Part shown: positions 34,393-42,766 of the stretch, one piece after another
How positions within the stretch are numbered: position 1 is the first letter of the stretch
Layout: every line of letters starts with the position of its first letter
Source of the DNA: a virus
Lineage: Duplodnaviria > Caudoviricetes
Strand: one strand, 5' to 3'
Virus record (IMG/VR): IMGVR_UViG_3300031452_000036
Span: 1 to 42,766 of that record
Length of the DNA stretch: 42,766 bases
Notes under the pieces: model-generated
What the model saw: only the letters and a program-made list of their open reading frames with translations
The model's database searches: none
What the model was told of the DNA's origin: nothing
Made by a program: the position numbers and the translations under genes

Positions 34393-34423
34393 GGCTGGCA
34401 CTCCTTTGTGCTAGGCGTCCGGG

Positions 34424-34840
34424 CTACGTCGCCTGGACCTCGAAACGGTACATCCCGCCCAGGTGGCGGTAGCTAACGCCGTTGGCGTTCTCGGCGAGCT
34501 TGAACGGGGCCTCCCGCGTGCAGGAGAGGATCAGGCCGCCCGGTACGGCGACGTTGCGCGCCCCGTGGAGGAGTTGGTCGGCGCGTTTGGCGGCGGGGCG
34601 CGCGGCGTCGTAGGACGTGCCCATGACCGTCGCCTTGACGAGGTAGAGCGGGCGGGCCATGATCCGCGCCTGCCCCACCCCGAGCGTGTCCGCCCCGCCC
34701 GACAGCATGGCGAAGGCGTAGAACGGGTAGGGCGCGTCCTCGTCCGCGAGGTCCGCGTAGACCGCCGCGCCATCCGCGCCGAGCACGGCGACGAGCCAGC
34801 GGTCGATCAGGTCCGTCTCGGTGCCGACAAACGCGCTCAT
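34424..34840 (-). CDS. Tail terminator (DUF3168-like)
   Basis: VYADLADEDAPYPFYAF; position just before the tail tube. Confidence 0.65.
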   Translation of the reverse strand: MSAFVGTETDLIDRWLVAVLGADGAAVYADLADEDAPYPFYAFAMLSGGADTLGVGQARIMARPLYLVKATVMGTSYDAARPAAKRADQLLHGARNVAVPGGLILSCTREAPFKLAENANGVSYRHLGGMYRFEVQAT

Positions 34841-35175
34841 CACAGGCCCAACCCACCGGCACTGGCGAATAGGGAATCGAGGATGCCGCGCACCTGATCG
34901 GTCGCGGGGACGAGGTACGGGTGCGCGGCCATGAACCGCGTCCCGAATTCCTGATAGATGGCATACGTGATCGGCGTCCCCACCGTGGCGGTGAGCGCCC
35001 CGGTCAGCTCCACCGCGATCGAGTCGCGGAGCGCCCCGGTGCGGACCGGGGCCAGCACCTTCGCGAGGAGGGCGATCTCCTCGGCGGCGGCGTTGACCAG
35101 CGCGGCGAGCGCCTCGGGGAGGCGACCGGCGATCTCCGGGAAGCGATTGACGATGACCACGCGCATGCTGACCAT
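34840..35175 (-). CDS. HK97 gp10-like tail completion protein
   Basis: APVRTGALRDSI...YAIYQEFGTRFMAAHPYLVPA. Confidence 0.85.
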   Translation of the reverse strand: MVSMRVVIVNRFPEIAGRLPEALAALVNAAAEEIALLAKVLAPVRTGALRDSIAVELTGALTATVGTPITYAIYQEFGTRFMAAHPYLVPATDQVRGILDSLFASAGGLGL

Positions 35176-35543
35176 CAGCCCACCTCCTTGCACACCGCCC
35201 GGTAGTCCTTGCTGTACGCCCCGCCCCGCAACACGCCGCCGATCTGGAACGTGCGCCCCGCGATCAGCAGCGTGTCGGTCGGGCGGAGGTCCGTACCCCA
35301 GGGCAGGCTCACCGTGTAGGCGACGACCCATTGCAGGGCATCGGCGATCGTCCGCTCGTCGCCGCCACCGGCGGGGCGCAACCGGCACGGCACGGTCGCC
35401 ACGATGGCCGTCGCCGTGGTACTGCCGCCCGCGCTGTCCTTCGTCCGCGTCGCCCGCTGGATGGCGCAGGAGTCGGGCATCGCCAGGGTCGCGTCCGTGC
35501 GCGCCTGGGCGACCTCGGCAGCGGTGAAGAGTAAGGCCGACAC
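35175..35543 (-). CDS. Head closure / head-tail joining protein
   Basis: MPDSCAIQR...DSAGG...VPCRL...LPWGTDLRPTD. Confidence 0.7.
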   Translation of the reverse strand: MSALLFTAAEVAQARTDATLAMPDSCAIQRATRTKDSAGGSTTATAIVATVPCRLRPAGGGDERTIADALQWVVAYTVSLPWGTDLRPTDTLLIAGRTFQIGGVLRGGAYSKDYRAVCKEVG

Positions 35544-35768
35544 TTAGGCCGCCTCGCCCGGTGCGGGATCCGGAGGCACCTCGGCTGGTGCCTCCGACGG
35601 TGCCTCGTCCGCGTCCGCGTAGGGTCGCCCGTCCTCGAAGCGGTCGATACGGAAGCCCCGGCGCTCGTAGAGTTCGCGATAGACATCCACGGTGACGCCG
35701 TACCGCTCGCCGCTCTGATCGTTGACGATCTCGACGCGCTGCTGCCCTTCGTCCTGCATGATCACCAT
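35544..35768 (-). CDS. Hypothetical protein
   Basis: 74-aa ORF packed in the structural operon. Confidence 0.55.
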   Translation of the reverse strand: MVIMQDEGQQRVEIVNDQSGERYGVTVDVYRELYERRGFRIDRFEDGRPYADADEAPSEAPAEVPPDPAPGEAA

Positions 35769-36226
35769 CCTCTCGTCGTACTATTGGTGCGGTAGTACGG
35801 ATCACCGCCGATCTCAGGACTGTTGCTGTCGATCGGCCCGAACGGTCGTGGCCCGGTCGGCGGCGTCTCGATCGCCACGTTGGTCAGCGGTTGCAGCGCC
35901 GCGCCGCGCATCCCGCGCGACTTCTTCTCGACATCGGTGATCTCGTCCTGGGTCGCCTTCCGCAGCGCGTTCAGCGTGTCGATCTGCTGGTGCCCTTGCT
36001 TGGAGAGTCCGTCGATCGTGGTGTTGACGACCGCCTGCAAGCCCCCGATACGAATATCGAACGCCTCGCGCTGCGTGTAGAGCGCCTGCAAACGCGGCGA
36101 CACTTGCGCCTTGTCCGCGTAGCTCGCCCAGATCACGGGCAGCAGTGCGGCGATTGTCCCGGTGGGGGTATCGCCTACTTTCGCCATGATCATGGCCTGG
36201 ACCTGCGCGACCGTGACGCCCGACAT
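35762..36226 (-). CDS. Putative head-tail adaptor
   Basis: Position after the capsid genes; helical; operon packing. Confidence 0.55.
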   Translation of the reverse strand: MSGVTVAQVQAMIMAKVGDTPTGTIAALLPVIWASYADKAQVSPRLQALYTQREAFDIRIGGLQAVVNTTIDGLSKQGHQQIDTLNALRKATQDEITDVEKKSRGMRGAALQPLTNVAIETPPTGPRPFGPIDSNSPEIGGDPYYRTNSTTRGW

Positions 36227-36229
36227 CGG

Positions 36230-36589
36230 TTACGCCCCACTCGGCAGCGGGCCGGTGACCACGGTGTTGTCCGGGTTGACCGCCACGGCGAGCTCCGCCG
36301 GGGTCGTCGCCACCGAGGCGGGGACGATCGGCAGGGTCGGTGGGCTGTCCGTCCGCACCGCCTCGGCCAGGGTCATGGTCTCCGGCGCGGCCTCGTCCGC
36401 GTGCGGGACCAGCGCGCCGAGCGCGAGCAGGCGGTCGATGTTGTCCTGATCGACGCTGCCATCCTCCGCGAGCGGCAACTCGTCCGCGTGGACCGTCTCG
36501 CCGCGCTGCCATTCCCCGAGCGCGTCCGCGCCCACCAGATACCGCTGCGTCTGATCCTGCGCCTCGTCGCGCTTGCTCTTCCGTGCCAT
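36230..36589 (-). CDS. Hypothetical virion-associated protein
   Basis: AAGGAG RBS; NIDRLLALGAL motif common in small post-capsid proteins. Confidence 0.6.
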   Translation of the reverse strand: MARKSKRDEAQDQTQRYLVGADALGEWQRGETVHADELPLAEDGSVDQDNIDRLLALGALVPHADEAAPETMTLAEAVRTDSPPTLPIVPASVATTPAELAVAVNPDNTVVTGPLPSGA

Positions 36590-36627
36590 CGTGCGGCGCT
36601 CCTTTCTCGTCGTGTATCGGGCCGGAA

Positions 36628-37650
36628 TTAGACGTTCATGCGGACAATTGCACTTGGGAAGTACAGGGCACAGCCACCGTTATGGCCGTCGTGAACCTCG
36701 ATCTGGCGCGGGGGCCGCTTGGTCGTCTCCAGCGTGTCCACCACCGACATGTAGGGACCGGCGGCGGCGTTGGGGTTGGTGGCGTTGCGCGTGAATTTGT
36801 ACTCGCCGATCGCCGCGCCGTCGCTGCGCTTGCCGACGACGATGACCACGCCGTCGCCGATGAACGGCTGGAACGTCTGCGTCTCGTCTTTGTAGCCGCC
36901 GTCGTAGATGCGGATCGTCGGCAACCCGTCGCCCCCGAGGAGTTGGTTGAGTTGCGCCTCGCTGTTGTACGTGCCGAGCCCCGCCGTGCGGCGACCGTAG
37001 ATGTCCTGGTTGTTGGTGTTGGTGAAGAGCCGGTTCGCCGTGATCTGATTCATCCAGGCGGTCGCGGTCGGGCCGAAACTGACCGAGTGGCCGCGCTGGC
37101 GCAGTTGCACGGCGCGGAAGTCGGCGAGCGGGCCGGCGGTGGCGATCGTCGCCCACGGCACGGGCGCGGCGTAGGTCTGCATGGTGTAGGAGTCGGTGTG
37201 CAGGATCGCGCCAGACGGACCCGGCACGGCGAAGGTGCCGGTGCTGAGCAGGGTCCAGACGATCGACTCCACGCGGTCCAGGCGGCGACCGAGCAAGCGG
37301 CGCTGCTCCCGCATGACCAACCCGCTGATGTCCACCGGGACGCCGAACGTGCCGAACTGGCGACGTAGGGTGATCTCGGTCTCATCGATCGGCGAGTACT
37401 CGCCGTAGACGCCGGGGCTCAGCGAGAACCGTTTCCCGCCGAGCTTATTGATCTTCGGCGGCTGGCCATCGAGGCCGCGCGCCTGCTGCAAGCCGGTGTA
37501 ATCATCTTCCTGCTCCCACATCACCAACGACTGGTCGTCATTGACCATCGGGAACACCTGGAACACGGGGCGGTCCTGCACCAACTGCGGCAGATAGTCC
37601 TGGGCGATCTCGTGTAGCTCCCCACTGGTCGGGAACAAATAATCTGGCAT
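36628..37650 (-). CDS. Major capsid protein (lambda gpE-like family)
   Basis: 340 aa, follows the head decoration gene; AAGGAG RBS; GLPTIRIYDGGY and LYFPSAIV C-terminal pattern. Confidence 0.8.
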   Translation of the reverse strand: MPDYLFPTSGELHEIAQDYLPQLVQDRPVFQVFPMVNDDQSLVMWEQEDDYTGLQQARGLDGQPPKINKLGGKRFSLSPGVYGEYSPIDETEITLRRQFGTFGVPVDISGLVMREQRRLLGRRLDRVESIVWTLLSTGTFAVPGPSGAILHTDSYTMQTYAAPVPWATIATAGPLADFRAVQLRQRGHSVSFGPTATAWMNQITANRLFTNTNNQDIYGRRTAGLGTYNSEAQLNQLLGGDGLPTIRIYDGGYKDETQTFQPFIGDGVVIVVGKRSDGAAIGEYKFTRNATNPNAAAGPYMSVVDTLETTKRPPRQIEVHDGHNGGCALYFPSAIVRMNV

Positions 37651-37754
37651 CGCGCGCTACTCCTTTGTAGTTGGCCGACCCCCGCGCCATTGCGGGGGGC
37701 GACCCGACACATCAGCGTGTCAGCACCGGCACATCGTCGTGCCGGGCGCTAGGC

Positions 37755-38180
37755 TCAGAACACGACGATCCCGCTGGCAATCGTGCCCTCGATGATCCTC
37801 GCGGCCAGCTTGGTGATCGCGTTGGCATCCAGCCCGACAAGCTCCTGGCAGCGGAATGACCCGCCCATGTAGGCCGGGGCCGCCTTGCCGAAGTACTGGC
37901 CCTGTTCGCCCGCCCCCGGCGTGGTGCCGAGCGTCACGTTGCCGTTGGCGTCCACGACACAGGCGTACATCAGGATCAGCGCCGGATTCTGCGAGCCGTC
38001 CGTACTGGCGCTCGCATACGGCTTGTAGGTGCCCGGTGTCGCGGTGACCTCACCGAGCAGGGTGCCCATCGCGTAGGTACCGGTCACGAGCGCGACGTTG
38101 ATCTCCGGGTGCGGGATGTCCGGGAAGAGGTAATCCAGGCGATTCTTCGTGGTGTAGGTGGTGATCGGTGCGATTGGCAT
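37755..38180 (-). CDS. Head decoration protein (lambda gpD-like)
   Basis: GTYAMGTLLGEVTATPGTYKPY...TDGSQNPALIL. Confidence 0.75.
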   Translation of the reverse strand: MPIAPITTYTTKNRLDYLFPDIPHPEINVALVTGTYAMGTLLGEVTATPGTYKPYASASTDGSQNPALILMYACVVDANGNVTLGTTPGAGEQGQYFGKAAPAYMGGSFRCQELVGLDANAITKLAARIIEGTIASGIVVF

Positions 38181-38230
38181 GGTCGGCACTCCTTTGTGCT
38201 ACCGCACGGCATCGTGCGCACGATCAGCGG

Positions 38231-40171
38231 CTACTTCGCCCGCTTCGCCTGGGCATCGAGGAACGCGCGCCCTTCCGGGGTCTGCATGTGCAGCTCGCGC
38301 CTCCGCTCCGCGCTCATCGGCTGCTCGGCCCCGAACTTGGCCGAGGTGATGATGTTGTCGATCACGCGCGCCTCACCCTGCGGGGCGGGCTGGGTCAGCG
38401 TGTGGGCCGGTCGCGCGGCACAGAGGGCGACCAGCGCGTCCACGCGCGTCCCCTCCTTCGTCTCGGTGCCCGCCGCGAAGGTCACGACGCCACCGATCGC
38501 CGCGTCGTCCTTCGCCGCCTGGCCGAAAGTGGCGACCAGCGCGGCACGCTCGGCGGGCAGGGCGCGGGACGCCGCGATCTCGCCGTCCGCGAACGCCGCC
38601 GCCTGGCTGGCGATATACTCCTTGCGCAATGCGGCGATCTCTGCCTGCGCGGCCTTGAACTCGGCGGAATCCTCGATCTTCAGTGCCATGATCGGGGTCG
38701 TGATCGGTGGCTGCGCGGCGATCGGGACGATCGGCTTGGCTTCCTCGGTGATGCCGAAGAACGCCCGCATGTGATCCATGAACCGCTTCTCATCCTGCAC
38801 TGGTGCCTCCTGTGCCGCCATCGCGGCCTTGCGCGGGGGGATCACGAGGCACTTCGCGCCGTGACTCACCGCATGGTCGTGGATCATCTGCATCGCCTTG
38901 ACCTCATGGGCCGCCGCGAACATCGGGTAGCCGCCCGCACTGGCGTTGTCCGGGCTACAGACGGCCCCGGAGCGCGCGGCCATGTCGTGCACGCCCTGTA
39001 AGGCGTCCTGACCGTGATAGGTGTCCTGGCGCGGCGCAGCGAAGTCCGCGTCCTCCTGGGCGGCGCTGAACGCGGCCATGATCGCGGCGTCGGCCACGCG
39101 CGGGGCCTTGACGAGCGCCAGCCGCGCCAATTCCTTCGAGTCGCGGTCCCAGGTGCAGGAGACCTTGACCGCGCCGCCGAGCACGGTGTCGAGCCAGGTC
39201 GGCACGGCCACGGTGCCGAACAGCGTGCGCCCGTCGTCGTCCGTCTCGATGCTGTAGACCTCGCCCAGTTGGCCGTCGAGCACGGTCGGCACATGCTCCA
39301 GGTCGAGCGGGCAACTGGTGAACCGCTCCACCGCGTTGATGATCTCTGCGGGGGTCATGCTGTAGCCCTTGTCGGGGTACTCGCCCGCCTCGAAGAGCTT
39401 CCCGCGCCGCAGCACGTAGTCGTCGTCGTGGGCGAGCGCGGGGAGCGTCGCGGTCGCGTCGAACGCCACCATCTGCATCGTGTCCTCCTGATCGTGCGCG
39501 CCGAATGCGCTGTGGTGTGCGGCGCGCGGGCGGCTGGCGTGACCCCCGTCCGGTGCCCGACGGGACCGGGTGCCCGGATGCCCCGCGTGCGGATGCGGCT
39601 GCCCGTGCGCGCCGGGATGGGGCGTGGCCGCGCCCTTGTGGGGCCGGGCCACGCCCTTGCGCCCCACGTGCGGGGTCGCCGCGCCGTGAGGCTTCTTGGC
39701 GGCGTGCTGCTTGACGACCGCCGCGTGCGTCGCCTTCGCCGCGTGCAGGGTGGCGCTGTGCTTCGGCGCGGCGATCGCCTTGCCGTGCCGCATGACGTGG
39801 GTGTGGTAGCCCGCGCCCTTCGCCCGCTTGACCGTCACCACATGCCGCCCGCCCGAGATGCGGGTATGCGCCACGGCGGGCGCGCCGTTACCGTTCGTCC
39901 AGATGCCATTCGTGGCGCGCGGCTCGGACGGGTTGAAGTCGAACGCGGCGGTGTCGCTGTGCTGCGCCTCGTTGGCCGCGTGGCCGGGCGTCTTGCCGGT
40001 CGCCTGGACGTGCAACCAGGCGCACAGCGCGTGCGGGTCGTCGATGTTCGGCTTGCCGCTCAGCGCGGTCACACAGGCGTCGTAGTCGCCACCCTGGCCG
40101 CCGCCGTTGCCCATCTTGCCGTGCCAGTATTTGAGCAGGGTAGACAGATTGCCCTTCATCTCGGCGTTCAT
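38231..40171 (-). CDS. Prohead protease/scaffold fusion with N-terminal extension and nested in-frame starts
   Basis: ATGA overlap with the portal; GKLFEAGEY, PLDLEH, VSC, LALVKAPRV protease motifs; coiled-coil scaffold C-terminus; internal AGGAGG starts at 39478 and 38800. Confidence 0.75.
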   Translation of the reverse strand: MNAEMKGNLSTLLKYWHGKMGNGGGQGGDYDACVTALSGKPNIDDPHALCAWLHVQATGKTPGHAANEAQHSDTAAFDFNPSEPRATNGIWTNGNGAPAVAHTRISGGRHVVTVKRAKGAGYHTHVMRHGKAIAAPKHSATLHAAKATHAAVVKQHAAKKPHGAATPHVGRKGVARPHKGAATPHPGAHGQPHPHAGHPGTRSRRAPDGGHASRPRAAHHSAFGAHDQEDTMQMVAFDATATLPALAHDDDYVLRRGKLFEAGEYPDKGYSMTPAEIINAVERFTSCPLDLEHVPTVLDGQLGEVYSIETDDDGRTLFGTVAVPTWLDTVLGGAVKVSCTWDRDSKELARLALVKAPRVADAAIMAAFSAAQEDADFAAPRQDTYHGQDALQGVHDMAARSGAVCSPDNASAGGYPMFAAAHEVKAMQMIHDHAVSHGAKCLVIPPRKAAMAAQEAPVQDEKRFMDHMRAFFGITEEAKPIVPIAAQPPITTPIMALKIEDSAEFKAAQAEIAALRKEYIASQAAAFADGEIAASRALPAERAALVATFGQAAKDDAAIGGVVTFAAGTETKEGTRVDALVALCAARPAHTLTQPAPQGEARVIDNIITSAKFGAEQPMSAERRRELHMQTPEGRAFLDAQAKRAK

Positions 40172-41742
40172 CGCGGCCCCCCAGCAGCGACGGCACCCGT
40201 GCCGCGATCGGCGGACGTGCCACCGCCCGGCACGGTGCCCGGTGGCGCGATCACGGGCGCGGGCTTCGGCTGCGCGGCGAGCTTGGCCGTGTCCTCCGCC
40301 AGTTGCACCTCCTCGGGCAGCCGGGGCGGGAGGTTGAGCAGGCCATCGGTCGCGGTGAGTTGGGACGGGGCCAGGTACCCGGCGGTTTGCAGCGCGGCGA
40401 ACCCGGTCATCATCGCCACGATGTCGCTCTGCTCGGTCGTGCCGAGCGTGACGCGCGGGCACAGCTTCACCGCGTCCTCGCCCCAGTTGTAGCGAATCCA
40501 GGGCATCAGGATGTCGCGCGCCAGCATCCGCGCCACCGCGCGCTTCGCCTGCTTGATGATCGTGTCGAGCACGTCCTGATGGACCAGCGACGCCGCGCGG
40601 CTCTGGTGTCGCCCCTCCTCGCTCGCCAGCGTCTGCCCCAGGATCGACTTGGTGATCATCCGGTCGTAGAGGTCGAACGCATGGATGAACGCCTCGCCCG
40701 TCCCCGACGAGAAGAAGATCGCGAACGTCGTCCCGTTCGGCAGGGCGAGCGCGGTGCCGTTCTTGAAGCCCGCCAGCGTGTCGAGGAGCCGCTGTTCGGG
40801 CGTGATCGGGATCGGCAGTCCGTTCGTGTCGAACGGGCCGATCGGGTTGCCCAGCGCGTCGGTCGGCACGTAATTCTGCGCGTCGGGGCCGGTCGTGGCG
40901 ACCACGGAGGGCGCGGCGAACTGCGTCAGGTAGCGCAGGTGCTCCTGCATCACCTGGCGCTTCAGGAACCAGGCGGTGTACGCGGGGCGTAGGACCGAGG
41001 TGCCGACCGGGCTGCCCTCATCCGGGCGGAAGGAGAGGATCGCGAACTTGGCGCGCGGCATGAAGTTGGGCAGGCTCGTCGGGTCGATGTACCCGGTCTG
41101 CACGGGCGTCGCCTCGCCCGGTATCCGCGCCAGGAGGCCCAGCAAGCGCCCGTAGGCGTCCACCACGAACGCGGTGGCGCGGCGGGACTTCACGCGCAGC
41201 GCGGTCAGCATCAGCCGGGTCGCGCCCCCGTGCGCCTGATAGGCATAGACCTGTTCCGCGACCTCGTTGCCGCGCGACACCGCGTCGAGCAGGTTCCAGA
41301 GCACCTCGTCGAGCGGCGTCTCCAACGCTTCGAGCATCGCGGTCGCCAGGTCGTTGATCTGCACGGCGAGCGCGTAGTCGGGGTCGGTCTCGTCGTCCAG
41401 CGCGGGCGCGAGCTTGGCCCCGTCTTCGAGGATCGACGCTTTGAGGATCAGCAACGCCGCCGCGACCTGGGGGTCGTGCCCCATGCGCTCGTAGATGTCA
41501 TCGCCGAATTCGCGGGCCAATTCGTCGATGTAGTGGGGCAGGCTTTTCGCGTAATTGGTGAACCACTGCCCGCTGCCGCCGACACCCCCGGCCACGTAGT
41601 CGCGCGTGGGGTCGGCGCTCACGGTGATGGTCTTGCCCGGTGTGGCGGACGCGGGGTTATCCGGCGTGCCGGGGAGGCCGCCGGTCGTGATCGTGTCGGT
41701 GAGGGTGCGGGCGGTGGCTGCGACCAACGAGGAAGCCCCCAC
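40168..41742 (-). CDS. Portal protein (DUF935 / Mu gp29-like)
   Basis: IYERM..DPQVAAAL, LLDAVSRG.EVAE, GTSVLRPAY.AW.LK, ITKSILGQTL, SRAA..VH; start uncertain. Confidence 0.85.
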   Translation of the reverse strand: MGASSLVAATARTLTDTITTGGLPGTPDNPASATPGKTITVSADPTRDYVAGGVGGSGQWFTNYAKSLPHYIDELAREFGDDIYERMGHDPQVAAALLILKASILEDGAKLAPALDDETDPDYALAVQINDLATAMLEALETPLDEVLWNLLDAVSRGNEVAEQVYAYQAHGGATRLMLTALRVKSRRATAFVVDAYGRLLGLLARIPGEATPVQTGYIDPTSLPNFMPRAKFAILSFRPDEGSPVGTSVLRPAYTAWFLKRQVMQEHLRYLTQFAAPSVVATTGPDAQNYVPTDALGNPIGPFDTNGLPIPITPEQRLLDTLAGFKNGTALALPNGTTFAIFFSSGTGEAFIHAFDLYDRMITKSILGQTLASEEGRHQSRAASLVHQDVLDTIIKQAKRAVARMLARDILMPWIRYNWGEDAVKLCPRVTLGTTEQSDIVAMMTGFAALQTAGYLAPSQLTATDGLLNLPPRLPEEVQLAEDTAKLAAQPKPAPVIAPPGTVPGGGTSADRGTGAVAAGGPR

Positions 41743-41810
41743 TGCGCCGGTCGCACGTCAAACGCGCGGGGGGCGTGGGGGCTCGTCGGCCCAAACGTTC
41801 GCTTATCTAC

Positions 41811-41842
41811 CTACTGTAGCACGGGCGTTCGCGAGCTGTCAA
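41811..41842 (-). promoter_or_regulatory. Structural-operon promoter; divergent member of the promoter repeat family
   Basis: Minus TTGACA-N18-TACAGT with CGAAC-N4-GTGC in the spacer; shares CTACTGTAGCACGG with copies 2 and 3. Confidence 0.7.
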
Positions 41843-42252
41843 CTAGGGGGGCGGCGGCGGAGCGCGTCGATCTCCTCCCAGGCCACCGTGAGTACGGCGC
41901 GGGCCTCATCCAGCGCCGCGCCATATTCCCCGCGCGTTTCCAGGCGAGCGATCTCGGCCAGGGCGATCGGACGATCGTGGCCCTCGTCCTCAGCATCGCC
42001 GGGATCGCCGTAGTGATACCCCACCGCAAACGCATAGCGCGCCGTTGCGGAGAGACCATCCAGCGGGCCGAACGTGCTGTGGATGAGCATATCGGCGATC
42101 AGCGCCTTGGCCAAGAGAGACAGTTCGTCATCCACGACAGTGAACGCCTGCATCGCGCGCGGGTCCGTCAGCATCGCCCGAGACCAACGATACGCACGCG
42201 CCGTCGCCGTGCCGAATATCCGATCAAGTGCTTGGTGGTCGTTAGTTGCCAT
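41839..42252 (-). CDS. Hypothetical protein
   Basis: GGAG RBS; stop codon overlaps the promoter -35. Confidence 0.55.
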   Translation of the reverse strand: MATNDHQALDRIFGTATARAYRWSRAMLTDPRAMQAFTVVDDELSLLAKALIADMLIHSTFGPLDGLSATARYAFAVGYHYGDPGDAEDEGHDRPIALAEIARLETRGEYGAALDEARAVLTVAWEEIDALRRRPPS

Positions 42253-42550
42253 ATCGCTTCTCCCTAGCTGCTAATACCTCGATAACCCCAGGCTCGATCA
42301 GCCCCGCCACATCCACGGCGGGCGGGAAGGGCAATGCGCCCGCCCACGCCACGATCAGGTCGATGTGGGTGCCGGGCGGGAAATAGCCCTCGACGCGCAC
42401 ACCGCCATCCGACTCGGCGATCAGGTGCAGCGGTCGACCCGGCGCACCTTCCAGGCGGATACGCGGATAGCCGCGCGCCGCGCACACACGCTGGATCTCC
42501 CACGTCGCGCGCTCGATCGCAAAGGCGAGGCTGATGCTGTCCACGCTCAC
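42242..42550 (-). CDS. Hypothetical protein
   Basis: Overlapping start/stop packing with neighbours. Confidence 0.5.
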   Translation of the reverse strand: MSVDSISLAFAIERATWEIQRVCAARGYPRIRLEGAPGRPLHLIAESDGGVRVEGYFPPGTHIDLIVAWAGALPFPPAVDVAGLIEPGVIEVLAAREKRYGN

Positions 42551-42759
42551 TCCCCTTCCGCGTCACCCGGATACAAAGCCGAATGCCCGAAGCGGGTATA
42601 CCAATCGTGGTCCGTCTGCAAGCGGAAGGCTTCCTTGAAAAAGATGCTGCTGGCGAACCCCAGCTGTAAGGCCGGGTGCGCCGGGAAGGTCACGCTGCCG
42701 GGGCGAGTCGGGCGAACGCGGAGACGCGCGTCTGCGCGCGTGGGCGCTCGGCGAGCCAT
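42547..42759 (-). CDS. Hypothetical protein (may extend beyond the window)
   Basis: Stop overlaps the next GTG; at the window edge. Confidence 0.35.
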   Translation of the reverse strand: MARRAPTRADARLRVRPTRPGSVTFPAHPALQLGFASSIFFKEAFRLQTDHDWYTRFGHSALYPGDAEGE

Positions 42760-42766
42760 GCCGCCA

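Larger units (their letters stand above)
790..42766 (-). mobile_element. Prophage (siphovirus-like); left attachment junction near 790, continues beyond the right edge
   Basis: Complete head-tail-lysis gene order on the minus strand; abrupt truncation of a host gene at the left end; terminase and integrase not seen in the window. Confidence 0.9.

Noticed and set aside
38231-40462. ORF-track start at 40462 for the protease
   Set aside because: Overlaps about 290 bp of the portal in another frame; the ATGA-coupled start at 40171 is more plausible

Overview
Mostly one prophage (siphovirus-like, high GC, probably from a Chloroflexota/Thermomicrobia host) whose left end interrupts a host polysaccharide deacetylase gene near position 790. 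Morphogenesis genes read on the minus strand, right to left: DUF935-type portal, protease/scaffold with nested starts, head decoration, major capsid, head-tail connectors, tail tube, tail chaperone, a 2883-aa tape measure, a minimal tail tip and a lysis cassette (GH25 endolysin, LL-H holin). The most unusual part is a ~17 kb insert (about 15.1-32.4 kb) between the tail chaperone and the tape measure. It is built from three related modules, each starting at a ~32-bp promoter-like direct repeat and carrying a surface/secreted cargo gene. Each module also has a SWIM zinc-finger gene under a near-consensus sigma70 promoter, back-to-back with a small repressor, plus HNH/GIY-YIG nucleases (only a nuclease-less Zn-finger remnant in module 3). 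Several repeated hairpins show base-pair-preserving changes. The left prophage end also encodes a tRNA-like RNA with a collapsed anticodon loop, followed by a ~200-nt structured non-coding region. All family calls come from motif recognition by eye; no database searches were run.
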